NCBI GenBank assembly: GCA_015222205.1
Contig: JADFUW010000011.1
Location: forward strand, 511-64,510
DNA length: 64,000 nucleotides
Reading direction: 5' to 3'
DNA from: Chloroflexota bacterium
GTDB lineage: Bacteria; Chloroflexota; Dehalococcoidia; Dehalococcoidales; UBA5760
The position numbers were made by a program, and so were the translations under genes. The notes beneath the pieces are model-generated. The model did not search any database. It saw only the letters and a list, made by a program, of their open reading frames with translations, and had not been told where the DNA came from. Positions within the stretch are counted from its first letter, which is position 1, and every line of letters starts with the position of its first letter. Positions 1 to 8,891 of the stretch are shown piece by piece.

Positions 1-657
1 TTAAAGGGGGCTAAGCCACTAGAGCACCAGGCTCTTCTCCGAGAGCAAGAACTACTGACGAAGATTAAGGCTAATTTAGAGAAAGATGTACCCGTCCGGG
101 AGCTAAAACTAACCACCGATGAAACCAGAATTATTTCCCCCTACGGATTTCTCACTGCTAAGCCCCTGCTAATAGTAGTTAATATCGGAGAAGAGAAGCT
201 ACCTCAAGCAGAATCTTTGGAAACAGAGCTAAAGGCACACTACTCACGACCAAAATGCGGCCTCATTACCCTCTGTGGCAAGCTGGAAATGGAACTGGCT
301 CAATTAGACAATAGCGCCGCTGAAGAACTTCGCGCTGAGTTCGGTATTATAGAATCTGGACTTGACCGCACTATTAAACTATCCTACGAAGTATTAGGTC
401 TAATCTCATTCTTCAGTATAGCCTCGGGTGAAATCAGAGCCTGGTCGATTAAAAGTGGCACCACCGCCCTGAAAGCTGCCGGTAAGATTCACTCCGATAT
501 GGAAAGAGGTTTTATCCGAGCCGAGGTAGTCAGTTATGACGACCTGATAAAATGTGGTAGCCTATCTGAAGCTCGTAAGAAAGGGCTTCTCCGCCTAGAA
601 GGCAAGAACTACATAGTTCAGGACGGCGATATAATTACCTTCTTGTTTAATGTCTAA
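1..657 (+). CDS. ychF: Ribosome-binding ATPase YchF, C-terminal part (5' end lies outside the window)
   Basis: Frame 1 is open from base 1. The C-terminus ...IHSDMERGFIRAEVVSYDDL...NYIVQDGDIITFLFNV is the typical YchF/OLA1 C-terminal domain. Confidence 0.85.
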   Translation, partial: LKGAKPLEHQALLREQELLTKIKANLEKDVPVRELKLTTDETRIISPYGFLTAKPLLIVVNIGEEKLPQAESLETELKAHYSRPKCGLITLCGKLEMELAQLDNSAAEELRAEFGIIESGLDRTIKLSYEVLGLISFFSIASGEIRAWSIKSGTTALKAAGKIHSDMERGFIRAEVVSYDDLIKCGSLSEARKKGLLRLEGKNYIVQDGDIITFLFNV

Positions 658-738
658 AGTAGATATCCAGCCACCAAACAAAGGCACCGCAAAATAAGCC
701 ACCACAACGGTCTGTAATATATTGACAAAGTTAGGGCA

Positions 739-764
739 TTAATGCTAAACTATGTTAGCATTAA
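739..764 (+). promoter_or_regulatory. Perfect 10-bp inverted repeat (operator-like) overlapping a putative promoter
   Basis: TTAATGCTAA (739-748), 6 nt, TTAGCATTAA (755-764). It is embedded in TTGACA (722-727), 18 nt, TAAACT (746-751). Confidence 0.35.
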
Positions 765-1087
765 CATCTTTGGGGAGAAATTCACTCAAATTAAGCATGA
801 GTAACAAATTCGAACGAAATTACATAGTCAAGCATCAACAAATCAGGGACATGTTGATACAGCTGGCTAAAAACTCCAATAGTGCCTGTTTTCATGTGTC
901 CAAAATAGCCGCTGAGTTGGGCTGGGACCAAAGAACCGTCAGGGCTCACCTCAAAGTTATAGAGATTGACAAGGCTGGTGCCTTCCTTGACCCTGAGGAA
1001 AAGCAATTCTGTACCAAAGAAGGTCTCAAACTGCTAGCTGGCAAAATAGGACTGAAGGAGAAAGCTATTGAGGGACAAGAAGGTTAA
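752..1087 (+). CDS. Small winged-helix/HTH-like protein, possible regulator (start uncertain; alternative ATG at 797)
   Basis: 111-aa ORF directly upstream of the hydrogenase operon. The segment HVSKIAAELGWDQRTVRAHLKVIE looks like an HTH recognition unit. No family was recognised. Confidence 0.5.
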   Translation: MLALTSLGRNSLKLSMSNKFERNYIVKHQQIRDMLIQLAKNSNSACFHVSKIAAELGWDQRTVRAHLKVIEIDKAGAFLDPEEKQFCTKEGLKLLAGKIGLKEKAIEGQEG

Positions 1088-1132
1088 ATCCCAGCCGCTT
1101 AAAAAGTACTTAATTACCCAAAGGAGGTAAAT

Positions 1133-2119
1133 ATGGCTAAACCAAAGGTCGCTTTTTACTGGTGTGCTTCATGTGGTGGCTGTGAGGAGGCAGTGGTAGA
1201 CCTTAATGAAGATATTCTGAAAGTGGCGGATGCGGTGGATATTGTCTTATGGCCCGTAGCCCTGGATTTTAAGAGAAAGGATATTGAAGCCCTTAAAGAT
1301 GGTGAGATAGCAGTGAGCTTCATAAATGGGGCAGTAAGGCTGGAAGAGCAAGAAGAGATGGTAAAGCTCCTAAGGAAAAAATCTGGTCTGGTGGTTGCCT
1401 TCGGTGCCTGTGCTCATCTGGGCGGAATACCAGGGTTGGGAAATTTCTGTAGCCGGGAGACAATTTTTCAATGGGTCTATAAGGATTCCCCAAGCGTTGA
1501 CAACCCTCAGGGAGTTACCCCACAAGAGAAGACAGACATTGACAGTGGGGAGCTTACCCTACCGGAATTCTACGACACGGTGAAGTCATTAGACCAGGTC
1601 ATCCCGGTAGATTATTATCTTCCCGGATGCCCACCACCACCCGATTTAATAATGAAGGCCGTAAACGCTATACTAACGGGTCAATTACCAGAAAAAGGAG
1701 CCGTACTGGCTCCCAATATCGCCCTGTGTGATACCTGCCCCAGAAAAGATTCAAAACCAGAAAAATTATCCATAAAAGAAGTAAAAAGACCATGGGAAAT
1801 CAAAATTGACCCAGAGAAATGTTTCCTGGTACAAGGGCTATTTTGTTACGGCCCAGCCACCCGTAGCGGGTGCGGGGAAACATGCATTAACGCTAATATG
1901 CCGTGTCGGGGCTGTTTTGGCCCGTTAGACGGAATCGCCGACCAGGGTGCCAAAGCCCTGGCCATGTTTGTCTCTCTATTAGGGCTGGAAGACGAAGAAA
2001 AGATGACTGATAAAGAGGTCAAAGAATTAATCAATACCATTCCAGACCCGGCAGGAACGTTCTACCGATTCAGCCTGCCGTCCTCTCTTCTCAAAAGAAA
2101 GAGAATGGGGGTTAAGTAG
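1133..2119 (+). CDS. [NiFe] hydrogenase small subunit, MvhG/VhuG-like (group 3)
   Basis: N-terminus KVAFYWCASCGGCEEAVVDL and GACAHLGGIPGL match the Mvh/Vhu small-subunit cluster-binding pattern. A strong AGGAGG RBS precedes the start. Confidence 0.85.
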   Translation: MAKPKVAFYWCASCGGCEEAVVDLNEDILKVADAVDIVLWPVALDFKRKDIEALKDGEIAVSFINGAVRLEEQEEMVKLLRKKSGLVVAFGACAHLGGIPGLGNFCSRETIFQWVYKDSPSVDNPQGVTPQEKTDIDSGELTLPEFYDTVKSLDQVIPVDYYLPGCPPPPDLIMKAVNAILTGQLPEKGAVLAPNIALCDTCPRKDSKPEKLSIKEVKRPWEIKIDPEKCFLVQGLFCYGPATRSGCGETCINANMPCRGCFGPLDGIADQGAKALAMFVSLLGLEDEEKMTDKEVKELINTIPDPAGTFYRFSLPSSLLKRKRMGVK

Positions 2120-2129
2120 GAGGATTACA

Positions 2130-3590
2130 ATGAAAAAAATAACCATAGACCCGATAACCAGACTTGAAGGGCACGGTAAGATAGAGATATTCCTCAACGA
2201 TAAAGGTAACTGTGAGCGAGCCTGTCTTCAGATTCCAGAGCTTCGGGGCTTCGAGCAGTTCTCTGTGGGCAGACCAGCCGAGGAGATGCCCAGAATAACC
2301 ACTATGATCTGCGGAGTTTGTCCCACCGCTCACCACATGGCATCGGCCAAAGCCCTTGACGACCTATTTAAGGTCGAGCCTACCCCGGCAGCGAAGAAAA
2401 TAAGAGAACTTATGTACAACGCCTTCCAGGCAGAAGACCATATACTGCACTTCTACTTCCTGGGCGGGCCCGACTTTATCGTTGGCCCACAAGCACCCGC
2501 CGCGGAGAGAAATGTCCTGGGGGTTATTGCTAAGGCGGGGCTGGAAACTGGTGGCAAAGTCATACAGATGCGAAAAGGGATGAGAAATGTACTAAGAATA
2601 ATCGGGGGCAAGCCGATTATGCCTTCCTGTGCTCTACCCGGAGGGGTATCCAAGGGCATCAATGAGGAGGAACGACAGAAGATTCTTGAGGCGGGGGAAT
2701 ATGCAGTAGACTTCTGTCAGCTTTCCCTCCAGATTTTTGACGACATAGTGCTTAAAAATAAAGGCTATGTTGACCTCATCACCGGTGATGTCTACTCACA
2801 TAAGACATACTATATGGGAATGATAGACAAGAATAACAAGGTAAACTTCTACGATGGCCTTATAAGAGTTGTTGACCCTGACGGCAAAGAATTTGCCAAG
2901 TTTAAGGCTCAGGACTACCTCGACCACATCAGTGAGCATGTTGAGCCCTGGACCTATGTCAAGTTCTCCTACCTTAAGAAGCTAGGCTGGAAGGGATTTG
3001 TTGACGGTAAAGAGAGCGGTGTTTTCCGGGTAGCCCCTCTGGCTAGGCTGAATGCCTCAGACGGGATGGCAACCCCACTGGCTCAGGAAGCCTACGAGAA
3101 GATGTTTTCTGTATTGGGTGGCAAACCGGTTCACAGCACTCTAGCTTTCCACTGGGCACGGCTTGTGGAGGCACTTTACGCATCGGAAAGGGTGGTAGAG
3201 CTTGCCCGCGACCCGGAAATTATCTCACCTGATATTGTAAACCTGCCCACCAAGACCCCAAAAGAGGGCATAGGCGTAGTAGAGGCACCAAGGGGTACCC
3301 TAATTCATCACTACCAAACTGACGACAAGGGAATCCTCACTAAAGTTAACCTGATTGTCGCCACACAGAATAATTCGGCAGCTATTAATATGTCGGTGGA
3401 GAAGGCAGCTAAATCACTCATAAAGAACGGGCAGGTCCCTGATGGGATTCTCAACATGATTGAGATGGCATTCCGGGCCTATGACCCGTGTCATGCCTGT
3501 GCCACCCACTCACTCCCCGGAGGAATGCCGCTTGAGGTGAAAGTCTACGATAATAAAGGAGCCCTGGTAAAGAAGCTCAAAAGGGGCTAA
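2130..3590 (+). CDS. [NiFe] hydrogenase large subunit, MvhA/VhuA-like
   Basis: Contains the RLEGHG, MICGVCPTAHH and C-terminal DPCHACATH Ni-Fe ligand motifs. A 26-aa tail follows the final His, as expected for a protease-processed subunit. Confidence 0.9.
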   Translation: MKKITIDPITRLEGHGKIEIFLNDKGNCERACLQIPELRGFEQFSVGRPAEEMPRITTMICGVCPTAHHMASAKALDDLFKVEPTPAAKKIRELMYNAFQAEDHILHFYFLGGPDFIVGPQAPAAERNVLGVIAKAGLETGGKVIQMRKGMRNVLRIIGGKPIMPSCALPGGVSKGINEEERQKILEAGEYAVDFCQLSLQIFDDIVLKNKGYVDLITGDVYSHKTYYMGMIDKNNKVNFYDGLIRVVDPDGKEFAKFKAQDYLDHISEHVEPWTYVKFSYLKKLGWKGFVDGKESGVFRVAPLARLNASDGMATPLAQEAYEKMFSVLGGKPVHSTLAFHWARLVEALYASERVVELARDPEIISPDIVNLPTKTPKEGIGVVEAPRGTLIHHYQTDDKGILTKVNLIVATQNNSAAINMSVEKAAKSLIKNGQVPDGILNMIEMAFRAYDPCHACATHSLPGGMPLEVKVYDNKGALVKKLKRG

Positions 3591-3641
3591 CAAGAAAAGC
3601 CAAAGAGAACCCTAAATTAAAAGGTGAATTAGGAGGGTAAG

Positions 3642-5459
3642 ATGGCCAAGGACGTTTCTAAGGAGGCAAAGGCTCAGGTTGAGGAGGTAATTTGCCAAGC
3701 CAGCGGCAAAGTATACCTATCTCCCTGCCAGATAGCATGCCCTCTGGGACTAGATATTCAGCGCAGTCATGCCATGATTTCCTTATTGCCTTTGGACCCC
3801 CAAGAGGCAGCAAATCAGATAATTGACATAGGTAACGAAATCTACGAGAAGAGCCCCCTGTTCCCGCTACTATGTGGCTATATTTGTGGGCTTTGTGAGA
3901 AGGAGTGTAATTATAAGGACCAGACCGGAGCCGTAAGGCGAAGAATGCTGATAAGGCTCATTGCCAACGAATATGTTAAGTATCTTGAGACGGCACCGGT
4001 GCTCCCGACCCCGACCAAGGAAAAGGTAGCTGTCATTGGGGGTGGACCGGGGGGATTAATGTGTGCCTATGAATTAAGTAAAAAAGGCTACCGTGTTACT
4101 ATCCTGGAAAGAAACCCCAAGCTAGGCGGCGCCATGCGTCTTATCCCGGCATATCGTCTTCCCCAGGCTATCATTGATTCGGTTGTAAATAACTTAGTCA
4201 GGATTGCCCATATCGAGGTCAAGCTTGGTGTCCAAACAGGTGATAATGACCAAACGCTAGAAGACCTTAAGAACGAAGGCTACAAGGCAATATTCATCGC
4301 TGCCGGTACTCCTTCTCCTCGCCCCCTCACTTTTGAACGAGAACTGGTAGCCGCCGCCGGAGTAGAGGGAATTATGTTCGGGTTAAACCTCCTCTACGAG
4401 GTACTTCAGGGAAATGTTCCTCTATACCTTTATCAAGGCAGGAAGGTGACAGTAATTGGCGGGGGCAACGTCGCCTTTGATGTTGCCCGGACTGCCCGAA
4501 GGTTAGGCGGAGATGTCACCCTTGTCTGTTTAGAGAGCGAGGATAAATCCTCTAAGGATGGCATACCCGCTGATGTAGAAGAGATAGAAGGTGCTACTGA
4601 AGAAGGAATAAAAATAATCTACTCAAGGGGTGTGGAGGAGATAATCAGCAAGGGCGGAAAGTTCAGTAGAATAAAGTGTCCCCGGTGCACCTCGGTCTTT
4701 GATGACAATGGTAGATTTAATCCTAAATGTGACCCCAGTGACGTGATATACGTTGATGGTGATGTGCTACTGGTAACAATAGGGCAAGGTCCGGAGCACA
4801 CCCTATACCAGCAGGAAGGCTTGCTGAATGAGATGGGTAGACTGGATATTGACCCCATTACTCTCATGAGCAAACTTAAAGAAGGAATCTTTATCGGTGG
4901 TGACGTAAGAAGGGTAGGCTTTGCCTCGGAAGCAATGAGGGACGGAGCCACTGCCGCCGAGTCTATCGACCGCTACATTAAAGGTAAGGACATGAAGGCA
5001 GGCAGAGAGGCCAGAGAGTACGAAACTGCCTCCATCCCACAGCGTATTAAGTACAAGCTTCAGCCAGAACTTAAATGGACTCCGGCCAAAGAGAGGCTTA
5101 ATTTTGAGCCGTTTGAAAAAGCATACACCCTGGCAGAAGTGGTAGACGAGGCAAGAAGGTGTCTCTGTTGCGGCCCATGTAAGAGCTGTAAAGGATGCGT
5201 CGTTCTAGGGCTTCAGACTGAAATACCAGAAATCGAGGTTAACGAGGATTTATGCAGCGGCTGTGGAGTTTGTGTCGGCGTATGTCCCTATGAAGCCTCT
5301 ACCCTAGAGACATCCGAAAAAGGAATAAAATCAGCAATTGATGAGCTTAAATGTAAGCGGTGTGGTGTGTGCGTTAGCGCTTGTCCATCTGGTGCTAGGA
5401 CCATTAAAGATGCACTAGCCAAAACTATAGCCGATACCTATGCGGCGTTATCAATATAA
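3642..5459 (+). CDS. GltD/NfnB-like FAD/NAD(P)-binding iron-sulfur oxidoreductase with C-terminal 2x[4Fe-4S] domain
   Basis: N-terminal Cys clusters (CQIACP..., CGYICGLCEKEC). Two Rossmann motifs (VIGGGPGG and VIGGGNVAFD). C-terminal CSGCGVCVGVCP and CKRCGVCVSACP. Confidence 0.75.
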   Translation: MAKDVSKEAKAQVEEVICQASGKVYLSPCQIACPLGLDIQRSHAMISLLPLDPQEAANQIIDIGNEIYEKSPLFPLLCGYICGLCEKECNYKDQTGAVRRRMLIRLIANEYVKYLETAPVLPTPTKEKVAVIGGGPGGLMCAYELSKKGYRVTILERNPKLGGAMRLIPAYRLPQAIIDSVVNNLVRIAHIEVKLGVQTGDNDQTLEDLKNEGYKAIFIAAGTPSPRPLTFERELVAAAGVEGIMFGLNLLYEVLQGNVPLYLYQGRKVTVIGGGNVAFDVARTARRLGGDVTLVCLESEDKSSKDGIPADVEEIEGATEEGIKIIYSRGVEEIISKGGKFSRIKCPRCTSVFDDNGRFNPKCDPSDVIYVDGDVLLVTIGQGPEHTLYQQEGLLNEMGRLDIDPITLMSKLKEGIFIGGDVRRVGFASEAMRDGATAAESIDRYIKGKDMKAGREAREYETASIPQRIKYKLQPELKWTPAKERLNFEPFEKAYTLAEVVDEARRCLCCGPCKSCKGCVVLGLQTEIPEIEVNEDLCSGCGVCVGVCPYEASTLETSEKGIKSAIDELKCKRCGVCVSACPSGARTIKDALAKTIADTYAALSI

Positions 5460-5475
5460 TGTAAGGAGATAAGAC

Positions 5476-5697
5476 ATGCGAGAAAAAGTAGAGACAGCTC
5501 TAGCCCAGATAAGACCGGCCTTACAGGCCGATGGGGGCGATGTTGAGCTGGTAGACGTGACTGACGAAGGCGTGGTAAAACTAAAACTAAAGGGGGCCTG
5601 CAGCGGTTGCCCCATGTCAGCTATGACCCTGAAACACGGCATTGAGCGACTACTAAAACAGCATATACCTGAGGTCAAAGAGGTCGTTGCTGTTTAA
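5476..5697 (+). CDS. Nfu/NifU C-terminal-domain Fe-S cluster carrier
   Basis: 73 aa. IRPALQADGGDVELVDV...GACSGCPMS is the classic Nfu CxxC domain. Confidence 0.8.
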   Translation: MREKVETALAQIRPALQADGGDVELVDVTDEGVVKLKLKGACSGCPMSAMTLKHGIERLLKQHIPEVKEVVAV

Positions 5698-5763
5698 AAG
5701 GGACCCTCAAGAGGTATTTGCCTGATAATTCAGAGGAGATAAAGACTAGGAATGGAATAAGAT

Positions 5764-6177
5764 ATGGTAGATGAACAAGTCCAGGTAGAGCTATTAAATA
5801 AATCTGGATATTCAGATAGAGCGATAAACTATTTTATAAATAAAGTAAATGTCGGTGAGATAGAAAGCCCCAGTGCCTCTTTTTCCTATACCGGCCCCTG
5901 TGGTGACACAATGCAGGTTCAATTAAAAATTGATAGTGGCCGAATCACCGAAGCTAGGTTTCAAGCCATAGGCTGTGCTGGCTCCTATAGTGCCGGCTCG
6001 GCTCTTATGAAAATAATAAAGGGGAAAACCCTAGAGCAGGCTGAAGAAATTAGTGAGGAGCAAATTCTGGACCACCTGGGCAACATCCCACCTCAGAAAA
6101 TACACTGTGTTTGTTTAGCCAAGAGGACTTTAGAGCAGACGATTAAGCAATACAAGAGGGTAAGGGGCAAAGGGTGA
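5764..6177 (+). CDS. IscU/NifU N-terminal-like Fe-S scaffold protein
   Basis: Three scaffold Cys in the expected contexts: GPCGD, AIGCAGS and KIHCVCLA. Confidence 0.7.
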   Translation: MVDEQVQVELLNKSGYSDRAINYFINKVNVGEIESPSASFSYTGPCGDTMQVQLKIDSGRITEARFQAIGCAGSYSAGSALMKIIKGKTLEQAEEISEEQILDHLGNIPPQKIHCVCLAKRTLEQTIKQYKRVRGKG

Positions 6178-6623
6178 ACACGCTCATCTTAGGCATCGGC
6201 AATCCGATTCTCAGCGACGATGGGGTGGGCATCAAAATTGCCCAGAAGCTTGAGGAGCAGAAACCCGGCTTAGATGTAGAACAAACAAATGAAGCCGCCA
6301 TCGCCCTCCTCGACCTTATTACCGGCTATGACAAGCTCATCATCATCGATTCAATAAAAACCAAACAGGGCAAGCCGGGGAAGCTATATAAGCTTAAGCT
6401 GGAAGATTTTAGACCAAACCTAGACTTTTCTTCGTCTCACGGCATGGATATTGCCACTGCCTTTGAAGTGGGGCAAGGCCTAGGATGCAGCATGCCCCAG
6501 TGCGTCAGCATATATGCCGTAGAGATAAAGGATAATTCAACCTTGTCCGAACAGTGTACCGAAGAGGTAGCAGAAAATATACCCTTCATGGTAAAACAAA
6601 TAATAGATGAGGAGAAGCTATGA
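6174..6623 (+). CDS. Hydrogenase maturation endopeptidase (HycI/HybD/FrhD family)
   Basis: ILGIGNPILSDDGVGIKIA and ...SSHGMD motifs. The GTG start overlaps the upstream stop. Confidence 0.8.
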   Translation: MNTLILGIGNPILSDDGVGIKIAQKLEEQKPGLDVEQTNEAAIALLDLITGYDKLIIIDSIKTKQGKPGKLYKLKLEDFRPNLDFSSSHGMDIATAFEVGQGLGCSMPQCVSIYAVEIKDNSTLSEQCTEEVAENIPFMVKQIIDEEKL

Positions 6624-7027
6624 ATAATTTCAAACCTAACGTTGTGATATTTCGCTGTAACTTCTGCTCGCCCATAGGGGCAGAGCATGCCATGGCTTCG
6701 AAATTAAAGGACAATTCCCGCCTAAAACTAATCGGAATCACCTGCACCGGCAGGATAGACCCAACCTTTGTTCTTGATGCCTTTGCTAAGGGTGCCGACG
6801 GCGTGCTGATAGCCGGATGTTCCCCGGGAGACTGCCACTATATCAGTGGTAACTATAAGGCAGGGCGAAATGTAATGCTACTTAAGAAGACACTCTCCCA
6901 ACTCGGTATAGAATCAGAGAGGTTGAGGGCAGAATGGCTGGCCACATCTGAGACACCAAAGTTCCTGTCGTCGTTAAATGAATTCGTTAATGAAGTAATC
7001 AAGCTTGGTCCCCTGACAGCAAGCTAG
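6620..7027 (+). CDS. MvhD-like (methyl-viologen-reducing hydrogenase delta / FlpD) [2Fe-2S] protein
   Basis: VVIFRCNFCS...ITCTGRIDPTFVLDAFAKGADGVLIAGCSPGDCHY is the MvhD signature. Confidence 0.8.
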   Translation: MNNFKPNVVIFRCNFCSPIGAEHAMASKLKDNSRLKLIGITCTGRIDPTFVLDAFAKGADGVLIAGCSPGDCHYISGNYKAGRNVMLLKKTLSQLGIESERLRAEWLATSETPKFLSSLNEFVNEVIKLGPLTAS

Positions 7028-7043
7028 AGAAGGCAAAGATAAA

Positions 7044-8213
7044 ATGACTGAGCCAGCCACCCAAGAGGTAGCAGCCCTTAGGCAAAACGAGGATTACTGC
7101 AGCAGTTGCTCTATCTGTTCCTCCCTCTGCCCCTATGAGGCACTCAAGAAGGATGTAGAAACGGGCAGGATAACCCTGGATATTACCAAATGCCAGGTAT
7201 GTGGACTCTGCTACTCCAACTGTCCGGCTAGCGCCATTGATATTCTCTATTACGACCTAGATTCTTTAATTAAGTATCTGGAGAGGGCAAAGCAGGAATA
7301 TGCCTCCGATACCCTAGTTATTATGTGCCGAGGCAGTGCCCCCGATACCGCCGGGGTAGAAGAGATATTCGGGGTATCAAAATTCATCCCGCTACTGGTC
7401 CCCTGTGTAGGCCGTATTCCAGATGAAATATATCTTAACGCCCTACTTATGGGGATAGGGAAAATAAACGTCCTCGCCTGCGATGAAGACTACTGCCGAT
7501 TTGACAGGGGTAGCTCAGTCACCGCACGCAAGATAATCGCCTTAAATCTTTTGCTAGGGCAGTTTGGCTATGAACAAGAAGTTATAACCCTAAAGCGACA
7601 CAGCCTGAAAGTAAAAGCTGACGCCAACCTGTGTATTGCCTGCGGTAACTGTGTCTTTTACTGCCCTTATGACGCCGCTAGGCTAGAAAGTCCCGGGGGG
7701 ATTAACTTTGACCTAGCCGCCTGCCGCGGTTGCGGCCTGTGCGTTGCTATGTGCCCCGCCGTAGCCCTGGAGCTAGAGAACTGGGAGAAAGACCGTATTT
7801 CAGCCTTAATTACCCGATTAGCCCCAGAAATGAAGCCCCCCAAGATTCTGGTATTTCGCTGTCAGTGGGCTACTTTTCCCCTACTGGACGAGGAACCATC
7901 ACCCAATGTTCGTTTTATAGACTTACCTTGTGCTGCCAGGGTTGATAACTTCCATATCCTAGAAGCTTTTCAGAAAGGCATTAATGGTGTTTTAATCGCC
8001 GCCTGCTCAGAAGAAGATTGCAAACAGAATCGGGCAAGCGGGAAGACACAGCACTCAATGACAGCACTGAGTAAAAGACTGAGCCAAATAGGCTTTCAGG
8101 AGAGACTTCACTTCTGTTCTGTATCTCCAAGATACCCTGAGGAGCTAGACAAGGAACTAGAACAGTTCAGCCAAACGATAAAAGCCATTGGATTAAAAGA
8201 GAGCAATTTATGA
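7044..8213 (+). CDS. Tandem [2x4Fe-4S ferredoxin + MvhD-like domain] x2 fusion protein
   Basis: CSSCSICSSLCP/CQVCGLCYSNCP followed by VIMCRGS...PCVGRIPDE...VLACDEDYCRF. Then CIACGNCVFYCP/CRGCGLCVAMCP followed by ILVFRCQW...LPCAARVD...LIAACSEEDCKQ. Confidence 0.7.
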   Translation: MTEPATQEVAALRQNEDYCSSCSICSSLCPYEALKKDVETGRITLDITKCQVCGLCYSNCPASAIDILYYDLDSLIKYLERAKQEYASDTLVIMCRGSAPDTAGVEEIFGVSKFIPLLVPCVGRIPDEIYLNALLMGIGKINVLACDEDYCRFDRGSSVTARKIIALNLLLGQFGYEQEVITLKRHSLKVKADANLCIACGNCVFYCPYDAARLESPGGINFDLAACRGCGLCVAMCPAVALELENWEKDRISALITRLAPEMKPPKILVFRCQWATFPLLDEEPSPNVRFIDLPCAARVDNFHILEAFQKGINGVLIAACSEEDCKQNRASGKTQHSMTALSKRLSQIGFQERLHFCSVSPRYPEELDKELEQFSQTIKAIGLKESNL

Positions 8214-8226
8214 AAGTGAGCAATGT

Positions 8227-8868
8227 ATGATAGTAACAACGCCAAAACCCCTGGATGAGATTTTAGATTATATCGCTCAATATACTAATATCCTGATAGT
8301 CGGTTGCGATGGCTGTACCCAGCCGCCGCGAGGCCTGAGAGAGGCTAAGACCCTGGGTCAACTACTTGAGCTGGCGGGAAAGCTGAGAAATAAAGACTTT
8401 AACTTCAAGGTAACTACAGCAGCCAAGCAATGCGATAACTATCTGGCAGCTTCTATGCTTAAGCCCCAAATAAATGATGCCGAGGCGGTGCTCTCTCTAG
8501 CCTGCGGCATAGGAGTACAAACCCTGGCCGAGGTTTTCCCTGATGTGCCTATCTTTCCAGCCCAGAACACCCATTTTATGGGGGCAGAGGATAGAGAGGG
8601 CGGTATTTTGGAAGAAAGATGCGCCGGCTGTGGCGATTGCCTTCTCGCAGCTACGGGTGGTATTTGTCCGATTGCCCGATGCAGCAAGGGACTACTTAAT
8701 GGTGCCTGTGGAGGGAGTAAAGAGGGTAAATGCGAGCTCAATCCAGAAAGAGACTGTGCCTGGTGTCTTATCTATGAGAATCTAAAAAAACAGGATAAAC
8801 TACAGCTACTTAAGGAATTCCACCCACCCCGGGATTACCAGCTAAGTGGTTGGAGGGTCACTACATAA
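8227..8868 (+). CDS. MetV-like protein (methylene-THF reductase C-terminal-domain family, Cys-rich)
   Basis: C-terminal half CAGCGDCLL...GICPIARCSKGLLNGACGGSKEGKCE...CAWC resembles the MTHFR_C/MetV zinc-ribbon-like motif (C-P-K-x-L-x-N-G-P-C-G-G). Confidence 0.55.
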   Translation: MIVTTPKPLDEILDYIAQYTNILIVGCDGCTQPPRGLREAKTLGQLLELAGKLRNKDFNFKVTTAAKQCDNYLAASMLKPQINDAEAVLSLACGIGVQTLAEVFPDVPIFPAQNTHFMGAEDREGGILEERCAGCGDCLLAATGGICPIARCSKGLLNGACGGSKEGKCELNPERDCAWCLIYENLKKQDKLQLLKEFHPPRDYQLSGWRVTT

Positions 8869-8891
8869 TAAACTCGGGGTAAGGGTAAGTA

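Noticed and set aside
2130-3590. [NiFeSe]/selenocysteine-containing hydrogenase large subunit
   Set aside because: The C-terminal motif reads DPCHACATH with ordinary Cys codons and no in-frame TGA. The reading frame is uninterrupted.
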